DNA of 64,000 bases from Octopus sinensis (taxonomy: Eukaryota), in NCBI RefSeq assembly GCF_006345805.1, contig NC_042998.1, positions 11,036,001 to 11,100,000 on the forward strand, written 5' to 3'. Below are positions 1-12,539 of the stretch, piece by piece; positions within the stretch are counted from its first letter, which is position 1; every line of letters starts with the position of its first letter. A program made the position numbers and the translations under genes. The notes below the pieces were generated by a model. The model saw only the letters and a list, made by a program, of their open reading frames with translations. It was not told the DNA's origin and searched no databases.

Positions 1-394
1 GAATGTCTTTTACAGATCATTCATTGGCGTAGAATATGCTTTTAGCACTCCTGTTGATATGAAGATTGTTCTTTCTTTCTGTAGTGTAGTGTAGATTGAA
101 GAAGATTTTTCTCGTTAATTCGGCAATATCTATGTCGGTAATGGTATTGAAATTAAATACTGTGCTTTATCGTTTCGGAAGAAGTGGTCCTACGCATCTA
201 GTTTAAAGTTAATAAACATTTAATTGTATCCATTAGCATGTAATCCTGATGCTGTGTTTATTAGATTGTCATCAGCGATTCGAAAGATGGCTTCCTCTAG
301 ACTCATCAGGTAAGAATAGAGTCTGGAGGAAGGGACAGAACCTATTACCCTCGCAGGAGCTCCGAGATTAGTGGAAATGATGCAGTCAATGTTC

Positions 395-1000
395 TGTTAA
401 AACCGTTACAGGTTAACATCTACTGGAAAGACATGAGCTAGGAGGCGATTCCAGAGGAAGGGTGCTGTGAAGATGAAGGAACAGGCACAGTAGTCAGGGC
501 AAGCAAAGTGGGGTTGAATACACCAAAGGCGATGAGAGGTGGAGAATCGAGTGGGTTGAGATACCTCAATTGTGGAAATAGAAGACCAACCAGTTCAATG
601 GAGCAACAATTATTATTCGGCCTTGATGTGTGGTTGTAGTAGCTAAGTATGCAAAAAATATCATGTTTGGAGAGACGTACATATTGAAGTTAAGTAAGAT
701 AAGTGGATATGTTGACTCTGCAATGTTAAGATGCAACAGTGTTGCTATTGAATACCCTCTTATTTTATTTCTATCGTTTTTGTACCAGAATGCTTTATAT
801 ACCGATGTCTTCAATGGTTATGGTGGTTAGTAGTATGTCGGTGTAGTTTAATGGGTGTTTCTTTCTCGACAAAGCGATTGATGGTGCTGGTGGTGGAACG
901 ATTACCTACACTTCGCTTTCTATATCCTTTTTAACGTCTAGGTTGACATTTCATGTTCATATTTTTCTCTGTAACTAATTGCCATTTGAAGTATCTCTGC
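395..1000 (-). mobile_element. Decayed CR1/Jockey-group LINE, ORF2 C-terminal remnant
   Basis: Manual minus-strand translation near 400-570 gives TRFSTSHRLWCIQP...CSFIFTAPFLWNRLLAHVFPVDVNL*RF*QNID. This resembles the CR1-type ORF2 end (SF..RT..LWN.LP..VFP...NL..FK). Upstream frames are heavily broken. Confidence 0.55.
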
Positions 1001-2624
1001 ACTGAATACATGATTTCGATATGTTACGAGGCATCTACTGTGGTATGGCAGGTTTAGCCCCATTGATATGCAATTAGGAATGTGTGTACTGTATTGCTTT
1101 TTATGCATCAGTGTCAATTTGTTTCAGGTATTATGGATGTAGCATGGTGAGGTTTATTATATTAAGGCACGTCGAAACTGTTTGTATTACATTGCACACC
1201 TTATTCAGCATGTGACATTTACACATAGTCCCATTTATTACTGAGCAGTCCGTGTACTAGGTGAGGCAAAGTAATTGGAACGGTATTGTAACAGAACATC
1301 AATTCTCATGACTTGAATTTTTTTTATTGTGGTTCAATGAGCTTTTTGTACTTTAGTTTGTGAGTTTATGTGTATGGTGCAAGATTTCTGTTATTGGGAT
1401 GATTCTAGAATTTTAATAATTTATTGTCTGTTTTCCCCAAAGAAGCCATCACTTCAAACATTGCATAATATATTTAAGAAGGAGCCATTTCTGTCAGGTA
1501 AAACGAATGTGGAGCTAGCTATTGGGAAAGTAGAGGGCTACGGCTTGGGATGAGAAGATGTGAAGGAAGATTTCTGTCTGACAAAGATTAGAGAAAGAAA
1601 AGCATTGGAAAGTTGAATTCATGATTCAAGTAAATTTAAATGTCTTACAGTTTCCTGAAAATAACATTTTCAGCGATTTTGAATGGTTCTAGCCTCAAAC
1701 CGTTTACTCTCTGATTGGAGAATAGAGTTGATATTTACCTTGCACTCTGGCGTCTATGTCATTAGGTGTCTAGTGTACAATAAGTAAATTAAAGGGCCTA
1801 TAAATATATGATTTTCAGATTACTCATACAGGCACTCTCACACACACACGCGCGTGTCTGCGTGTGTACTGAGTTATATTTCACAAATTTCTCTTTATAA
1901 AGTAAAAACTACCCAATTGATTAATGCCTCATAATTTGCATTTTTGTTTCGACTTAGTGCTTTCTTACTAACTGTTCTTGCCTGCGTGTTTACAGAAATA
2001 GATATGTCCATTACTTAAATTTAGGAAGCTTAACACTGCATTTTATGTCCGTTCTACATTGCACAATATATTGCTTTTCTTTTGACATTACGTTAAAAGT
2101 AACAGAAACACTAGAAAAGAATCCTTGTGTTATATAATTTAGTATTTTATGTTCTGAATTCAAACCCAATCATAGATGAGTTTGTTGTCCATACATCTGC
2201 GGTTGATAAGTAACAATTGAGTACAGGGATCAATAAGATCAAGCGTAGTGTTTCCCCAAAATGAGTAAACTGTGCATATACTACATATTTGCTGAATCGG
2301 TAATAGTAAAGTCACTAAAGCATCGGAAAAAGTAACTTCATTTATTTATTCGAGTGCCCTTTAATTTACTTCAGTTCAGTTCCTCTCACACCATTCATAC
2401 TTCGAGAAAATTCGTATTATTCAAGTACTAGGGTCGACATACTTGACGATACCATTCCCTACGAATGTTTTACCTTGCGTCTAAGCTAAAATTTATTATT
2501 ATTATATCATAAAAATCCCTACAGTATTTTACTGGGTATAATGGGAAAGTGTCAGCTGTTCACATCTAGCAGACTAAAGCGGCATCTAACAGACTAAGGC
2601 GACACGTGTTTACTGATCATGCAT

Positions 2625-2872
2625 GAAGCCACATTTCTAGTTGCTTTTCTGTCTAAGCTGTTTAGTTCGTCTACTATCCATGCGATTACCCCTGCTCTCT
2701 ATCTACAGAGTGAAACCGCCCAGGTCTCGATAGCTTCAATCTTATTCTGTCCGTTTAGTTTCGACTTAAGGATCACTCTCAGTTTGCGCAAGTACTCCAC
2801 CTTAAATTTGTCTGTAATTTCTTTCTCAATCAATTTATCCATTTCCAATATACCCAAGTACTTATAGCTCTG
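2625..2872 (-). mobile_element. R4/Dong-clade non-LTR retrotransposon fragment (RT thumb region)
   Basis: Minus-strand translation YKYLGILEMDKLIEKEITDKFKVEYLRKLRVILKSKLNGQNKIEAIETWAVSLCR*RAGVIAWIVDELNSLDRK matches the R4/Dong YKYLG...LKSKLNG.NKI.AIN.WAV pattern. Confidence 0.8.
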
Positions 2873-3049
2873 ACAACAGCCTGCCGTCCGCTTTCACAAA
2901 ATCTACCAGAAAAGACAAGACCGAAAGTTCTGAGAAGTAAAGCAACAGCAACAACAACAACAACATCTTAAAAGGCTTGACATAACTCTTCACAAACGTA
3001 AATAGACAACACGAAGAGTGCGATGAGATTGCAATAGATATTTTGTTGG

Positions 3050-4330
3050 TTAAACGATATTTCGACAGCTAGCGTGTCATTGTCGTGTTCGAAATGAAAA
3101 GTGAGAAAAATTCTAAATTATAGAAATTCAAATGCAAAACAGGAACGAGAGCAACCAGTGTCCTCAAATTGCTGGAATGAAATCATCAGTGTTCAAATTT
3201 CAAGTTTACAACTGGCATAATGAAAAAGAAAGAAAAACAGAAAAGAAAAGGATAAACAAGGAGAATATTTAACCAAACAGTTTTGTGTAAATATGATGTC
3301 ATTTTATTCATTTCTCCAGGGCGTGATGTTAATAACCAGCAAACATTTCTCCTCGTGCATTTTGAGTATTGAAAGTGTAGCAGATTCAGAATATTTTCTG
3401 AGAATATGCACTTTCAGGTCTTTTTCAAAATTGCAGCCGTTTGATGCAAAATGTTCTGTCGGACTACCATTATTGTGCCTGACGTAATATCTGTGCCCAA
3501 TTAATATTTTGTTTAATTGTTCCTTTGTACAATCAATTTAAATCAAGTTGTATTTTGTGCATTCTGCTGCATACACCAAATCGGAATCTCTACACGTCCC
3601 ACCTTTCTGTTTTGATTCCCGGTGGAATTCACTTGACGCATGTTGTCGCACAGTGAACAGGGCTTAACTCTCTTGCGGCTGTCTTTCAAGATACAGCGTG
3701 CAGAAACTCCAATATTAGTTCTCTTGGAGTCAGAAGTAAAAGTTAATAGTTCTCTTATACTTTTATTCCGTCTGAAGGATACAATAGGCAGCTGAGGAAA
3801 TATTTGCTTGAAACGAGGATATCTTTCCGCAACAGCTGGTACCTGTCATATAACACTTTTGAAATGTCAGCAAAATTTCAGTGTCAGTTAATCACTAAAG
3901 GAATTCTGACAGATATTGTACTTTGGTAAAATTATGCGGGAAAGTTTGACATTCTTTCCTAATCTTATCTATGTCATTTAATCGTGATTCACTGTAACCG
4001 CCTTTGACATAATAATATACAAAAGCATTTGCGTGTTTCCGGTAATCTCCTATGTCAGTACAAATCCGTTTGATCTTAAAAAATTAGGATATGGGATTTG
4101 ATCGAATTATATAATTGGATGATCGGAGTGGTGGTGGAGGTAAATGTAGGATGACGTAAGCTTGCAAAATAACTTCGTCACTATTCTGCCTCTAGAAAAC
4201 TTAACTTTTGTGTTCAAAAATTCAACGCTAGTTTTTGAAAAACTAGACGTAAATTTTATGTTAGACTTAAAGCCATAGTTTTTTGCATAACAGTCGCAGA
4301 AATGCAAGAAATCAGTTAAACTATCCTGTG
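3050..4330 (-). mobile_element. Decayed Penelope-like element (RT C-terminus plus GIY-YIG endonuclease)
   Basis: ORF 4107-4307 NIKFTSSFSKTSVEFLNTKV...KLTSSYIYLHHHSDHP is the PLE RT C-terminal motif. Positions 3300-3600 read TCRDSDLVYAAECTKYNLI*IDCTKEQLNKILIGHR...EHF, a GIY-YIG domain with stops. Confidence 0.8.
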
Positions 4331-4414
4331 ATCCTTCCCAGCCAAAAAAGACGTTATCAATGAACCGTAACTAGAGTATTGATTCATGACCATATAGGGA
4401 TTTGAATGTCTTCA

Positions 4415-5000
4415 GTAAGTGTGTCTCGAATTTCATCATGAAGACAGTTTTGCTGAGGCAGCTCATACATTTGCGTTGACCATCAGCATTAAGAAGACTG
4501 AAGTTTTATTTCAACCAAAACCTGGGACACAACATAATTATTATTCGAATGTAATAATTGACAACAAGCCACTCAAATGGATCAGGTCATTTAAATATCT
4601 TGGAAGTACAGTAAACATTAAGAGTACACTTGATGAAATGAATGTTTGAATGTATAAGGCTACAAATGCATTTGGAAAACTTTCCCATCGTTTGTGGAAT
4701 GAATACTATGACAGTTTGAAAGTTAAAACAAGTGTATACAAATCTTGTATTTTGAGGCAGTTTTTTACTCCCTACTCCAGACATATAACTAAACTTTAAA
4801 ACCTCCCCATGTACTGTCTGCGCAATGTCTGCAAGATTAATGGCAAGATAAGTTATCAAATGTTACAACTTTAGATGATATGTTCTTCGAATGCAAGATG
4901 ATTGCATTCCGAGAGTTCTTTTGTACGGCCAAGTAGAGGGATTCCATGGTAAAAGAAGACCCATCCTTAGGTATAAGTTGAAACAATCAGTGGAATCCCT
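4415..5000 (+). mobile_element. RTE-BovB LINE RT fragment
   Basis: FAEAAHTFALTISIKKTEVLFQPKPG...FKYLGSTV, then KATNAFGKLSHRLW...KVKTSVYK and RMQDDCIPRVLLYG. Frameshifted. Confidence 0.8.
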
Positions 5001-5307
5001 ACAGCTTAATTTATCATTTTGAGAAACTTATTGCCTAGATCGATATGAGTGTCATAAATTGTGACATGATGCATCAAGACAATTTGAGATGGAGGAAATA
5101 AAATAATGAAATAATTATATCCTGCAATCAATGGATGCATCTGTCTGATCCCAGGGTCAATCTAAATCATCATTGTCCCCATTGTGACTTCATTCGTACT
5201 TGGATTCAAATTACATTCACGCAATCACCGCAAATAGATTAAGCTTCTTTTATTTAACTTTTAATCCTTTCTGCAAAATCACATACGTCAAAATCGACTG
5301 GACTGAC

Positions 5308-5346
<39 letters not shown>
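5308..5346. repeat. (CAT)n microsatellite
   Basis: Pure catcatcat run; it explains the poly-His in ORF 5200-5436. Confidence 0.95.
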
Positions 5347-5990
5347 GTTCTCTTGTTTCATAAATGTGACATTAATTATGCATTTTATCGAACCATAACA
5401 TGTGATCTACGATTAAGTGCTTTTGGTACATTTTAGTTTTCATATCTGTTATATTACATTGTCGCATAATTGACATGCGTTCTAAAATTGTACTAATACC
5501 AAGGTTAAGGTCAAATTTTTCAATAAATGGTTTCAACTTTTCTTTTCTACTGTTTCCAAGGCATCAGTAATAATAGGCAGTTGTCATAACCTTGTTAACT
5601 TCTCTGTTCCTGCACTTGAATATTTCATACTTCAAGTTTGTGCAATACTCGATTCTTCCTTTTTCATTTCTTTCTATATTACGTTTAAACGGGAATGCCT
5701 CATCGATTCAATGCACGCGTTTTCCTTGTGGACGACAGGCATATTCGGTCTGCTGTCTTTATTCTGTTTTCGCCTTGAAAAGGTAAGTCTCAGAACAACC
5801 CCAATAAAATATTTTCGGAGGCTTGCATTTGTAATCTCACAAAATGGCTATTGTTTTTCATGTGCATGAAAAACAAAATTTCCTGCAATTTCCTATCGAT
5901 GTAACAGAGTACACCCACCACTAAAATTTCAGGCTTTGTGCGAATAGTAGAAAGGATTCTTGTTCTTTTTGTTGCTATTGTTGTTGTTGC

Positions 5991-6030
5991 TCTTCTTCTT
6001 CTTCTTCTTCTTCTTCTTCTTCTTCTTCTT

Positions 6031-6061
<31 letters not shown>

Positions 6062-6067
6062 TTATTC

Positions 6068-6098
<31 letters not shown>

Positions 6099-6116
6099 TA
6101 ATTATTATTATTATTA

Positions 6117-6159
<43 letters not shown>

Positions 6160-6431
6160 GTTGTTGAGGTGGGGAGCTTGTAGAATATTTAGCACACCGG
6201 ACAAAATGGTTGGCCTTTTTTCTGGATTCAAATGCTGCTGTGGTTGACATTGCCTTTCATCCTTTCGGGGTCAATAAATTAAGTACCAGTAAAGCAGAAT
6301 CGATGTAATCGACTGAGCCCCTTTCCCCAAAATTTCAGGCCTTGTGCCTATAGTAGAGAGAGGAATATTATTATTATTATTATTATTATTATATTATTAT
6401 TATTATTATGATTATTATTATTATATTATTA

Positions 6432-6488
<57 letters not shown>

Positions 6489-6732
6489 TATTATTATTAT
6501 TATTATATTATTATTATATTATTATTGTTGTTGAGGTGGGGAGCTTGTAGAATATTTAGCACACCGGACAAAATGGTTGGCCTTTTTTCTGGATTCAAAT
6601 GCTGCTGTGGTTGACATTGCCTTTCATCCTTTCGGGGTCAATAAATTAAGTACCAGTAAAGCAGGATCGATGTGATCGACTGAGCCCCTTTCCCCAAAAT
6701 TTCAGGCCTTGTGCCTATAGTAGAGAGAGGAA

Positions 6733-6780
<48 letters not shown>

Positions 6781-6789
6781 GATATATTA

Positions 6790-6840
<51 letters not shown>

Positions 6841-6845
6841 GTTAT
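5991..6845 (+). repeat. (CTT)n/(TTA)n arrays with a 367-bp tandem duplication containing two SINE-B-like copies
   Basis: The segment gaggtggggagcttgtagaatatttagcacaccggac...tagagagaggaatatt starts at 6166 and again at 6533, separated by (TTA)n. It contains the gcctttcatcctttcggggtc motif of SINE family B. Confidence 0.9.
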
Positions 6846-7059
6846 CTTTTTTTTCTTCTTTCAAATTTGCTTCCATTTCTTGCCGAGTGTCTTCCCGACT
6901 CTTAGGGCAAAGAAACATAGTATACATTGGTAGGCCATTAAACTAAACTCACTAGTTCGTTCATTTTTTTTAAAAGTTAAATTAAAATACATGGGTAGTA
7001 ATAGTTCTCACATCGACAATACTCTTCTCAATACGTGTGATGTACCAGTTAAGACAATC

Positions 7060-7262
7060 TTCTCCTTCTTGTTCTTGTTTTTGTTCTTGTTCTTCTTGTT
7101 CTTCTTCTTCTTGTTCTTCTTGTTCTTCTTGTTCTTCTTGTTCTTCTTCTTGTTCTTGTTCTTCTTCTTCTTCTTCTTCTTCTCTTCTTCTTCTCTTCTT
7201 CTTCTTCTCTTCTTCTTCTTCTTCTCTTCTTCTTCTTCTTCTTCCTTCTTCTTCTTCTTATT

Positions 7263-7293
<31 letters not shown>

Positions 7294-7335
7294 TTATTAT
7301 TATTATTAGTAGTAGTAGTAGTAGTAGTATTATTG
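7060..7335. repeat. Compound (TTG/CTT)n-(TTA)n-(GTA)n microsatellite
   Basis: Direct reading. Confidence 0.95.
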
Positions 7336-7545
7336 AGGCAGCGAGTTGGCAGAATCTTTAAACATGCCGGGCAAAATGCTTAGCGGCATTTCATCCGTCT
7401 TTACGCTCTGGGTTGAAATGCCGCCGTGATCGATATTGCCTTCCATCGTTTTGGGTTCGATAATATAACTACCAGTAGAGCAATGGGAACGCAATAATCG
7501 ACCGAGCCTATTCCCTGAAATTGCTGATCTTGTGCCAAAATTTGA
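7335..7545 (+). mobile_element. Diverged SINE family B-like copy
   Basis: ggcagcgagttggcagaatc...gccttccatcgttttgggttcgataatataact aligns by eye to family B (13240-13467). Confidence 0.6.
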
Positions 7546-8086
7546 AGCCATCATTGTGTCAGTTGTTTTGTATTGGTTTTGATGTGACTGTTGTTGTTAA
7601 GATCATTATCACAATTATTTGTTTATAACTTAGCCAGTGGTGGAAAGATAGCACCCATAACTGATTTTCGGAACCTCTAAGTCTGGTGTAAAGAAGCGGA
7701 AGAATTATTCTCACTCAGAAGCCATCATCCGAATACTTACAAGAGTTAGTGTCACTAAATCACCTAAGAACAAGGTTTTGATGGTTAAATGAGCACCGGA
7801 TTGTGTCCAGTATCCAAGAAGGGGAAACGATGATTGCAATGGATCTCCACATAGTTTCCGTGTACGAAATTTCAATGCCGAGGCTTTCGTTTATCCGAAT
7901 CTATGATAAAAGACACTTGTCCAACAATTCACGAGGTAGATTCGATCTTAAAATCCCTTGGTTGTGAAGCAAACTTCCGAAACTTGTAACTGCGGACATT
8001 AATAAAAGGATTCCACCGCAATCAACTCAGCGGAGAAGGGGTATAAAATAACTACCCCAGATGTTTTGGCTTGGGCCAATGTGAGA

Positions 8087-8122
8087 TCTTCTTCTTCTTC
8101 TTCTTCTTCTTCTTCTTCTTCT

Positions 8123-8155
<33 letters not shown>

Positions 8156-8174
8156 ACTACTACTACTACTACTA

Positions 8175-8205
<31 letters not shown>

Positions 8206-8376
8206 TTACTACTACTACTACTGTTGCTGCTACTACTACCTCTTTTTCTTCTTCTTCTTCTGCTGCTGCTGCTGCTACTACTACTACCACTACTACCACT
8301 ACTACTACCACTACAACAACAACTACTACTACTACTACTACTACTACCTCTTCTTCTTCTGCTTCTTCTTCTGCTG

Positions 8377-8423
<47 letters not shown>

Positions 8424-8435
8424 TCTTTTTCTTCT
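8087..8435. repeat. Mosaic trinucleotide array (CTT/CTG/CTA)n
   Basis: Direct reading; it explains the low-complexity ORFs at 8027-8476. Confidence 0.95.
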
Positions 8436-10593
8436 TTTTCTCGTTTCTACGTTTTAGACTGGGTTTGTTTGATTAGACGAACAAAACTCATACGTAACTA
8501 ATCTCTTCCTTATGGTGTCTGTAGATAAAAACTGAACTACGAAAGCAAATAAATCAAAGTTTCAGCTTCAAGAGAATACGAGATGAAAGAAAGTGATATG
8601 CTTAGAATATAAACAACTTTGATACACTGCAATAAATTCCATCAGCAAATCAAACGAGTATTTGTTTCTTCATCTATTTCAGTTGCCGATGCTGTGTCAC
8701 GAGGTTTTCCATTGTTATTTTCTTGGCCTTGTTGTTTTCATATAAAGCTATCTTACAAGCTCTAAAATATACCTACTGGTCTACTGACCAATTTTATTAT
8801 GAACACACACTCACTGTATTGCTTTTCTCGTGTCTTTCATCTTCCCCGGGAAATTTATTGTTTTCTCTCTGTTAAGCGATAATTAGTTCCTTAAAAGAAA
8901 CAACATATCTTTGCCTCATGACAAACGAAACGCTATTTGAGCAACTAAAAATGATGAAAGAGAGGAAATACGCTTTCATTCTTTATCAAATAACCCATGT
9001 GACTATAAAAAGGGGAAATATTATTTATTGTTTTTGTCTTTCTTTTGTATCACAAAGTCAGTTTACATTGCACACTAACTGTATTGATTTACCCAGCAAC
9101 AAATAAATCTATTAACATCACCTTAGGATGATTTGTATTATGTCGTGGTTATTAAAAGCCATTCTTGTAAGTATTTAATACCAACTTTTTTCAGTAGCAA
9201 AAGAATATTTTATCGATCTCTGGCGGTAAAAAAGCAAATTTGACCCCAGCAGGATATCGGAGCAGAACCGGGGTATATGTAACTAAATAGGTTAATATAT
9301 TTAGTTCAGAATTATACTACAGAGACTCACCTGAACGTCCTTATTCATCTGTTCATATATTCAGTATTGAGTTCCTCCAGATATTGCAAGCTTTCATAGA
9401 TACAGTAGGAAAGACGTGCTGTTTTGATGCTCACGCCTTTCCAAAGGCCACCAAATAATATTAGATAGGCTGTCGTTATCCTTCTCGGATAGTCTCCGTA
9501 GGTTTAGCGGTTAGTGTGAAAGAGATATCCATAATGAAATGGAAAAACCCGATTTTAGACATTCTCGTTATGTATAAAATATCCATTATATATCTGAAAA
9601 CTTATTCAAAGCATGTGGTGAAATAGGAATATCGAACCTATAAAAAAATTGATTTTGGACGATGGGAGACGTAAGTTTAACACAAGTAGTTGTTTCCATC
9701 TTTCAATTTTCATATTTATAAATAAATTTAGTAAACTACTGTAATGTCCCTGCACTTACTAGATCTCTAGGTATATTTAAGGAGTGAAATAATTACAGCG
9801 TTGTTAAGACATCTCATTGTTCACTATTTGCATTGAACCTAAATATTGATAAAAATACAAAAGCATTTCACTATTAAGAATTCTTTTTATAAAGTGTTGA
9901 TTTCATGTGTTTATGTGAATGCAGTCTCCACAGAATGTTTTAAGAAGAATAAAGGAGTCACACGAAGCCAACTGTGAGACACTTTCACTTCACGTTGCCA
10001 TTGGAAATCCCTTCAGATATTGGTCAACGAACAAGGGAACTTTTATTAATCTTTTCCAAATTAATGTACAAAATCAAAGAAGCAGGAATCTGAAAGCGGT
10101 TCAATGACTTGAGGTATTGTTGATAAAACTCACTCATATATCGAGAGATAAAAACAGACTGTGTCCAACAGTGGTAGTTCAGATTTTAATTTAACAAGCT
10201 ACATTGCCCCATCACAGATCTAAAATATTATCGCCATTGGAGCAAGTTTCTTCAGAACAATTTCTAGATACCTAATTGTCACGGATCAAACACTAACATA
10301 ATTAGGTAAATAAGGGAATAGGCACAACAATAAATATAATGTTGGACGTGGTTACCTCACCTACATTACAGTAGTTAAAAATTCTTTTTGATCAGCAGCT
10401 TTTTGATCGTAGAATGCGGCTGTACCAGTATGAATCTGCTTTACTACAGTGTTGCGGACATCCTGTCATCTTTCCTCATTCACGAAATATCGTCTAATAA
10501 ATAACTTCTATTATACCCAAACCCGGAACCGATGTATGATATATGTAATATATATATATATATATATATATATCATATATATATATATATATA

Positions 10594-10812
10594 TAGTTAA
10601 TCCAAACATGAAAACAGAAAGAGAAAACACAACAACGCGAGGACGTGGAACAAGTATAGCATTATTGGACGCTCAGGAAAGAAGGAAAGAGGAGGGTTTG
10701 AACGTTTCGAGCGGAGCTCTTCGTCAGAAACATAGGAAAAGGAAAGGTCCAAAGAAGGGAAGACGGAGGAAAACAAATCGCCAACGGTACACACGCGGTC
10801 ACATTTTGAATG
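10594..10812 (-). mobile_element. Short non-coding element next to (TA)n carrying a minimal hammerhead-like motif
   Basis: Minus strand 10731-10696 reads GTTT CTGACGA A GAGC TCC GCTC GAAA CG TT C AAAC. A homologous truncated copy lies on the plus strand at about 14485-14570. Confidence 0.65.
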
Positions 10813-11068
10813 ACCGGAAGGGAATGGGTGAAGAAAAAGTTCTTTCAAAGACAGGAGAGTGCAAAAGGAGGTATGTGTATGTAAGTGTGGATATGTGCGT
10901 GCGCGCAAGTCTGTGTGTGTGTGTATGTGTGCAATGATAACACGTGTGTGTGTGTGTGTGTGTGTGGTTGTGGCTGTTAATCTATGTGTGTGGTAGGGCT
11001 TAGTGTTGTTTAGGTCAAGGAAGAATGAATTAGGAGTGGCTCTTGTGTGTCTCTCTCTATATACATAC

Positions 11069-11114
<46 letters not shown>

Positions 11115-11592
11115 CATACATATATATATAGATATAAAATATTCATATATATATATATATATACATTATATAATTAGGGGGCTTAGTAAAATAATTACTT
11201 TGCCACATACTGAACTTTCTAGAAATAGCAGCCAAAAATGTTTTTAGCCATTTCCACTACTTAAAGAAATTTTCTCTCAGATAATGTTTACTCAAAATAA
11301 CTCACGAAGGTATGGAGGTAAAAACAGAAAAATATCACAAGTACAAAGATTATTTGAGAACGTTAACGTTTCTAGATTAGCCAAATAAACTCAGCATTTC
11401 TTTCGTCAGCTCAACATTTCTTATTTTGGATTTGGAAGCACTAAAAAGAAAGGTCATACCCTTTGGCGACTTATCACCTCAGATGACCCGTTCAAACTGC
11501 CAGTACTAATGGTCCTTTTACATACTGAATACTTGGTGAAATTGATTAATAACTAATTAATTTTACCCTCAATTGTTGATATATATATATAC

Positions 11593-11660
<68 letters not shown>

Positions 11661-11665
11661 ATAAC

Positions 11666-12003
11666 AGTGTATAAAAATTATACACGGGGAGAAGACCACC
11701 ATGTGGACTTCTTACGTACTAAAAAGGGCAGTCAAATCCCAAAGTATGAACAAGCATTCTTATTAATGGCAGATTGCTTCTAGGCGAGCAGGATACTTGA
11801 ATGAATAAAAATCCCAGTTAACTCTATTTAGAGTATAGAGTTAGAGTTAACTGAGATTATTATTCATTCAAGTGTCCTGCTCGCCTACAAGCAATGTGCC
11901 AGTAATAAGAATGTCTTTTCGTGGTTTGGGATTTGACTGCCCTTTTTAGCATATAAGAAGTCCACATGGTGATCTTCTCTTCGTGTATACATTTTTATAC
12001 ACT
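11666..12003. repeat. Long imperfect palindrome (about 160-bp arms, about 15-nt loop)
   Basis: agtgtataaaaat...ccaccatgtggacttcttacg...cagttaactcta pairs with tagagttaactg...aagaagtccacatggtg...atttttatacact. The arms are roughly 85-90% identical by eye. Confidence 0.95.
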
Positions 12004-12130
12004 CTTATATTTAAGAATATTTATGTCTTCTGTCTTTTATTACGCATGCTAACTACTGATTAGTCTTGTATTAATATAGTTATATATATATATGCGTGTA
12101 TGTATGCATGTATGCATGTATGTATGTATT

Positions 12131-12161
<31 letters not shown>

Positions 12162-12253
12162 TACAATACATATAATATTACAATACATATATACATTCTT
12201 TGATAATAATAAGAACAAACACTTTTTAAAATTGCATTTTGAAACCTTCTTTC

Positions 12254-12287
<34 letters not shown>

Positions 12288-12539
12288 GTAAAACGGTAAG
12301 ATAACAAAAGAAAGAAAGAGACCTCAATATTATGTAAACAGAGGAAATTTATCTATACAATAATATGTCACATTACTCGATAGTCAAGATAAAACTCTGA
12401 GTTTCAGATGCCGAAGTGGGTAATCCACAACACCATCTCCTCGCTTGTCTGGCTAGATAACCGAAGAGATGGTGTTGTGGATTTATGCGGGTCTGAATAT
12501 TCAGCAATAGCCGAATAGTGGCAGGAGACGATGAAAAAG

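Noticed and set aside
265-312. Two minus-strand CTGATGA motifs
   Set aside because: No correctly placed GAAA or stems I/III could be built.
5739-5788. Possible 44-nt exon (cag|GCATAT...AAAAG|gtaagt)
   Set aside because: It has a strong donor but only a weak acceptor, no partner exons and no recognisable peptide. It cannot be supported without transcript data.
10449-10937. 162-aa basic ORF
   Set aside because: It runs through (TA)n and (TG)n tracts and the antisense strand of a pyrimidine-rich repeat, with no recognisable domain.
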